Part shown: in pieces, positions 36,161-36,656 of the stretch
Position numbering within the stretch: the first letter of the stretch is position 1
Layout: every line of letters begins with the position of its first letter
Assembly (NCBI GenBank): GCA_041165005.1
Contig: JBEAOI010000048.1
Coordinates: 1 to 36,656 of the forward strand
DNA: 36,656 nt
DNA from: Actinomycetota bacterium
GTDB taxonomy: Bacteria > Actinomycetota > Acidimicrobiia > Acidimicrobiales > Ilumatobacteraceae
Direction: 5' to 3'
Position numbers and translations under genes: made by a program
Notes under the pieces: generated by a model
Database searches by the model: none
The model's input: only the letters and a program-made list of their open reading frames with translations
What the model was told of the DNA's origin: nothing

Positions 36161-36656
36161 ATGAAGAAAACAACAAAGCGCCGTTTCGGTGCTCTCGTTG
36201 TGGGTCTCAGCCTTGTGGCTGCGGCTTGCGGCGGTGGCAGCGACAGCGACTCAACAGCCACAGCAGGTGGCGAGTTGGAAGGAATGAAGGGCACCATGCC
36301 ACTCGTCAACCTTTCAGCTGAGTTCAAAGATGGTCTGAACGCGTTCTGGACTGCCGCAGGCAACACCGCGTTGGAAGACTATTCATATGCTGCAGAAGCA
36401 TTTGACTCAGTAATGCTCGTTGCTCTTGCAGCAGAAGCAGCAAAGACTGACGGCAGTGCACTTGCCGCACAGATCCAAGCAGTTTCAGCAGGCGGCGAAG
36501 CATGCAGCGATTTCGCAGCATGTGTAGCAATCATTGCAGCTGGCGGAGACGTCAACTACGAAGGTGCATCTGGCCCACAGGACATGAACGGAAACGGCGA
36601 ACCAGTTAATGCTTCGTACGGCGTTCTTACCTTTGGTGCAGACAACCGCTTCAAGT
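36161..36656 (+). CDS. Lipoprotein related to the C-terminal part of LivJ-type (type 1) periplasmic binding proteins; 3' end lies outside the window
   Basis: This ORF is not in the ORF track because it runs off the window end. It has GGGGGAG RBS and ATG at 36161. The signal peptide plus lipobox is MKKTTKRRFGALVVGLSLVAAAC. My translation continues ...GMKGTMPL..AEF......YSYAAEAFDSVMLVALAAEAAKTDGSAL.....GGDVNYEGASGP...NGNGEP...YGVLTF, which matches the last third or so of Leu/Ile/Val-binding proteins. Confidence 0.7.
   Translation, partial: MKKTTKRRFGALVVGLSLVAAACGGGSDSDSTATAGGELEGMKGTMPLVNLSAEFKDGLNAFWTAAGNTALEDYSYAAEAFDSVMLVALAAEAAKTDGSALAAQIQAVSAGGEACSDFAACVAIIAAGGDVNYEGASGPQDMNGNGEPVNASYGVLTFGADNRFK

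Overview
This 36.7 kb window is almost entirely coding, with about 42 ORFs. I saw no rRNA, tRNA, CRISPR array, transposase, integrase or phage genes. It reads as core chromosome of a streamlined actinobacterium (Actinomycetota). GC is moderate by eye, roughly half; I did not compute it. Many starts and stops overlap as ATGA, GTGA or TAATG, and convergent genes abut or overlap.

Gene blocks:
- Block 1 (39-7473, minus): GNAT acetyltransferase, a small protein with a helix-extended-helix tail, DUF4193, a long tandem ThyX, a truncated DAGK-like protein, helY, tatC and a TatA/B-family gene.
- Between blocks 1 and 2 (7522-8235, plus): a lone cytoplasmic GDPD.
- Block 2 (8238-15020, minus): a complete Pup-proteasome module arc-dop-pup-prcB-prcA-pafA followed by lepB.
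- Block 3 (15186-20549): a small ferredoxin (plus), then on the minus strand trmI, three small membrane or charged ORFs, dacB (PBP4) and an ADP-forming acyl-CoA synthetase.
- Block 4 (20587-26062): an orphan ORF, tkt, tal, a long LOG-family protein, a small helical ORF (minus) and a Cys-rich protein.
- Block 5 (26059-30720, minus): typA, a small charged ORF, rnd, a rhodanese, a MobA-like protein and DUF3151.
- Block 6 (30778-36656): a small membrane ORF plus M18 aminopeptidase (plus), then plsC-cmk-guaB1 (minus), then Sua5/TsaC and a 3'-truncated lipoprotein (plus).

Synteny with Mycobacterium (helY-tatC-tatA...pafA and prcA-prcB-pup-dop...mpa...trmI) is recalled from memory and supports the phylum call. 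I recognised no classical transcription factor anywhere in the window.

I did not find a convincing self-contained novel system; there are no defence-island, BGC or mobile-element hallmarks. The best leads for a second look are:
- the DAGK-like protein lacking its ATP-binding half
- the long tandem ThyX in a dut-less DUF4193 neighbourhood
- the small-membrane-protein trio between dacB and trmI
- the long LOG-family protein where zwf-opcA-pgl is expected
- the lipoprotein that appears to consist only of the C-terminal third of a LivJ-type binding protein
- the absence of terminator space at all five convergent gene junctions

All family calls rest on motif recognition by eye. No searches were run.
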